NCBI RefSeq assembly: GCF_020745735.1
Contig: NC_083405.1
Coordinates: 58,804,345-58,868,344 of the forward strand
Direction of reading: 5' to 3'
DNA: 64,000 nt
Source of the DNA: Hemiscyllium ocellatum
Lineage: Eukaryota
In this document: in pieces, positions 61,105-64,000 of the stretch
Position numbering within the stretch: position 1 is the first letter of the stretch
How the letters are laid out: every line of letters starts with the position of its first letter
Notes under the pieces: model-generated
Databases searched by the model: none
What the model was told of the DNA's origin: nothing
The model's input: only the letters and a program-made list of their open reading frames with translations
Made by a program: the position numbers and the translations under genes

Positions 61105-63270
61105 GATTTATAGAGATGTACAGTACAGAAACAGATGCTTCGATCCAAATCGTACATGCCGACCAGATATCCCAATCCAATCTAGTCCCACCTGCCACCA
61201 CCCAGCCCATATCCCTCCAAACCCTTCCTATTCATATACCCATCCAAATGCCTCTTAAATGTTGCAATTGTACCAGCCTCCATCACTTCGTCTGGCAGCT
61301 CATTCCATACACGTACCACCCTCTCTGCATGAAAAGGTTGCCCCGTAGGTCTCTTTTATATCTTTTCCCCCTCACCCTAAACCTATGCCCTCCAGTTCTG
61401 GACTCCCTGGCCCCAGGGAAAAGACTTTGTCTATTTATCCTATCCATGCCCCTCATAATTTTCTAAACTTCTATAAGGTCACCCTTCAGCCTCCGACGCT
61501 CCTGGGAAAACAGCCCCAGCCTGTTCAGCCTCTCTCTTTAGCTCAAATCCTCCAACCCTGGCAACATCCTTATAAATCTTCTCTGAACCCTTTCAAGTTT
61601 CTCAACATCTTTCCGATAGGAAGGAGACCAGAAGTGCACGCAATATTCCAATAGTGGCCTAACCAATGTCCTGCACTGCCGCAACATGACCTCCCAACTC
61701 CTGTACTCAATACTCTGACCAATAAAGGAAAGCATACCAAACGCCACCTTCAGTATCAAGGAGCTATGAACCTGCACTCCAAGGTCTCTCTGTTCAGCAA
61801 CACTCTCTGGGACGTTACCATTAAGTGCATAAGTCCTGCTAAGATTTGCTTTCCCAAAATGCAGCACCTAGCATTTATCCGAATTATACTCCATCTGCCA
61901 CTTCTCAGTCCATTGGCCCATCTGGTCCAGATCCTGTTGTAATCTGAGGTAACCCTCTTTGCTGTCCACTACACCTCCAATTTTGGTGTCATCTGCAAAC
62001 TTACTAACTGTACCTCTTATGCTCGCATCCAAATCATTTATGTAAATGACAAAAAGTAGAAGGCCCTGCACCATTCCTTGTGGCACTCCACTGGTCACAG
62101 GCCTCCAGAATGAAAAACAACCCTCCACCACCAACTTCTGTCTTCTACTTTGAGCCAGTTCTGTATCCAAATGGCTAGTTCTCCCTGTATTCCATGAGAT
62201 CTACCTTGCTAATCAGTCTCCCATGGGAACCTTGTTGGACGCCTGATTGAAGTCCATATAGATCACATCTACTGCTCCGCCCTCAATCTTCTTTATTACT
62301 TGTTCAAAAAACTAAATCACGTTCGAGACTTTTTTTCCCACGCACAAAACCATGTTGACTATCGCGAATCAGTCCTTGCCTTTCCAAATACATAGATCAT
62401 AGCACATTACAGCGCAGTACAGGCCCTTCAGCCCTCGATGTTGCGTCACCCTGTCATACTAATCCGAAGCCCATCTAACCTATACTATTCCATGTTTGTC
62501 CAAATGCCCGTCCAATGACGACTTAAATGCACTTAAACTTGGCGAATTACTACCGTTGCACGCAAAGCATTCTATACCCTTACTACTCGGAGTAAAGAAA
62601 CTACCTCTGACATCTGTCTTATACCTATCTCCCCTCACTTTAAAGTTGCGTTCCCTCGTGTTTGCCGTCCTAATACTTGGACAAAGACTCTCCCTGTCCA
62701 CCCTATCTAACCCTCTGATTATCTTATATGTCTCTATTAAGTCACCTCTCAACCTTCTTCTCTTCAAGGAGAATAGCCTCAAGGGCCTCAGCCTTTTCTC
62801 GTAAGACATTCCTTCCATACCAGGCAATATCCAAGTAAATCTCCTCTGTACCCTTTCCAAAGCTTCCACATCCTTCTTATAATGCGGTGACCAGGACTGT
62901 ATACAATACTCCAAGTGAGGCCGTACCAGAGCTTTCTACAGCTGCAGCATAACCTCCTGGTCCCGCAACTCAATCCCTCTATTAATAAAGGCCAAAACAC
63001 TGTATGCCTTCTTAACAACCCTGTCAATCGAGTGGCATGTACATCCTGTCCCTCAGGATTCCCTCCAACAACTTGCCCACCACCAAGGTCAGGCTCACCG
63101 GTCTATAGTTCCCTGACTTGTCTTTACCTCCCTCCTTAAACAATGGCACCACATTTGCCAACCTCCAGTCTTCGGGCACCTCACCTGTGACTATCGATGA
63201 TACAAACATCTCAGCAAGAGGCCCAGCAATTACTTCTCTAGCTACCCACAGAGTTCTCCGGTACACCTGT
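61105..63270 (-). mobile_element. HER1/CR1 ORF2 (RT plus tail) with nested CR1 subfamily copy at about 62393-63030
   Basis: SGVPQG, IYINDLD, SKFADDTKIGG, PEDWRLANVVPLFK..NYRPVSLT; host sequence ccaaatacat|gtacatcctgtccc is split by the inner copy. Confidence 0.9.
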
Positions 63271-63289
63271 GCAGGTGACCAGATTCCTA

Positions 63290-64000
63290 AATTAATCTAG
63301 TCCCATTTGCCAGCACCTGGCCCATATCCCTCTAAACCTTTCCAATTTATATACCAATCCAGATGCCTTTTAGATGTTGTAATTGTACCAGCCTCCACCA
63401 CTTCCTCTGGCAGCTCATTCCAAACACGCACCACCCACTGCATGAAAAAGGTGCCCCTTAGGTCCCTATTATATCTTTCCCCTCTTACCTTAAACCTATG
63501 TTCTCTACTTCTGGCCTCCTGCATCCCAGGGAAAAGACCTTGTCTATTCACCCTATCCACACCCCTCATGATTTTATAAATCTCTACAAGGTCATCCTTC
63601 AGCCCTGTACTACTGCAACATGACTTCCCAACTCTTGTACTCAATGCTCAAAAAAGCAAAGCATACTTCCTATTTCACTATCTTATCTACCTGTGACTCT
63701 ACTTTCAAGGAACTATGAACCTGTACTCCAAAGATCACTTTGTTCAGCAACACTGCCTTGGACCTTACTATTAAGTGTCTAAGTCCTATTCTGATTTGCT
63801 TTTCTAAAATGCAGCACCTCACATTTATCCAAATTAAACTCCATCTGCCCATTGGCCCATCTGATCAATGCCCCATGTACTCGGAGGTAATCTTCTTCGC
63901 TGTCTACCACACCTTTAATTTTGATGTCATCCTCAAAACTTATCAACTATACTTCCTACATTCACACCAAAATTATTTATATAAATGACGAAAGTAGTGG
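63290..64000 (-). mobile_element. Further HER1/CR1 3' fragment, running off the window end
   Basis: VVRVWNELPEEVVEAG; GVQVHSSLKVESQVDKIVK. Confidence 0.85.

Noticed and set aside
59969-64000. VPS50 first exons or promoter
   Set aside because: No MQKIKSLM-like or second-exon sequence and no CpG island were seen; the 5' end lies beyond the window.

Overview
Eukaryotic, repeat-rich vertebrate DNA, most likely from a shark. This is inferred from HE1-type V-SINEs and HER1/CR1 LINEs; a bamboo/carpet shark is plausible but unproven. The whole window lies inside one minus-strand gene, VPS50 (CCDC132/syndetin, EARP complex). Nine GT-AG exons (59968 down to 6514) splice in frame to 699 nt / 233 codons, corresponding to about residues 35-267 of the human protein as I recall it. 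The introns are filled with decayed CR1/HER1 LINEs (one retaining an ORF1 with Zn-finger and esterase motifs), HE1 SINEs, a Rex1/Babar-like fragment and Penelope-like elements (PLEs) with GIY-YIG domains. Most ORFs in the supplied track are repeat fragments or spurious. The most interesting signal is non-coding: more than a dozen minimal type-I hammerhead ribozyme motifs (stem I-CUGANGA-N-stem II-GAAA-self-complementary loopless stem III-NUH-stem I) from about five families with covarying stems. Many sit in 96-220 bp insertions that are flanked by target-site duplications (TSDs), often fold back as palindromes, encode no protein and share 3' tails with the coding PLEs. PLE-associated hammerheads are known in general; these miniature ribozyme-carrying palindromic insertions are the candidate under-described system. 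Repeat boundaries are approximate and were read by eye.
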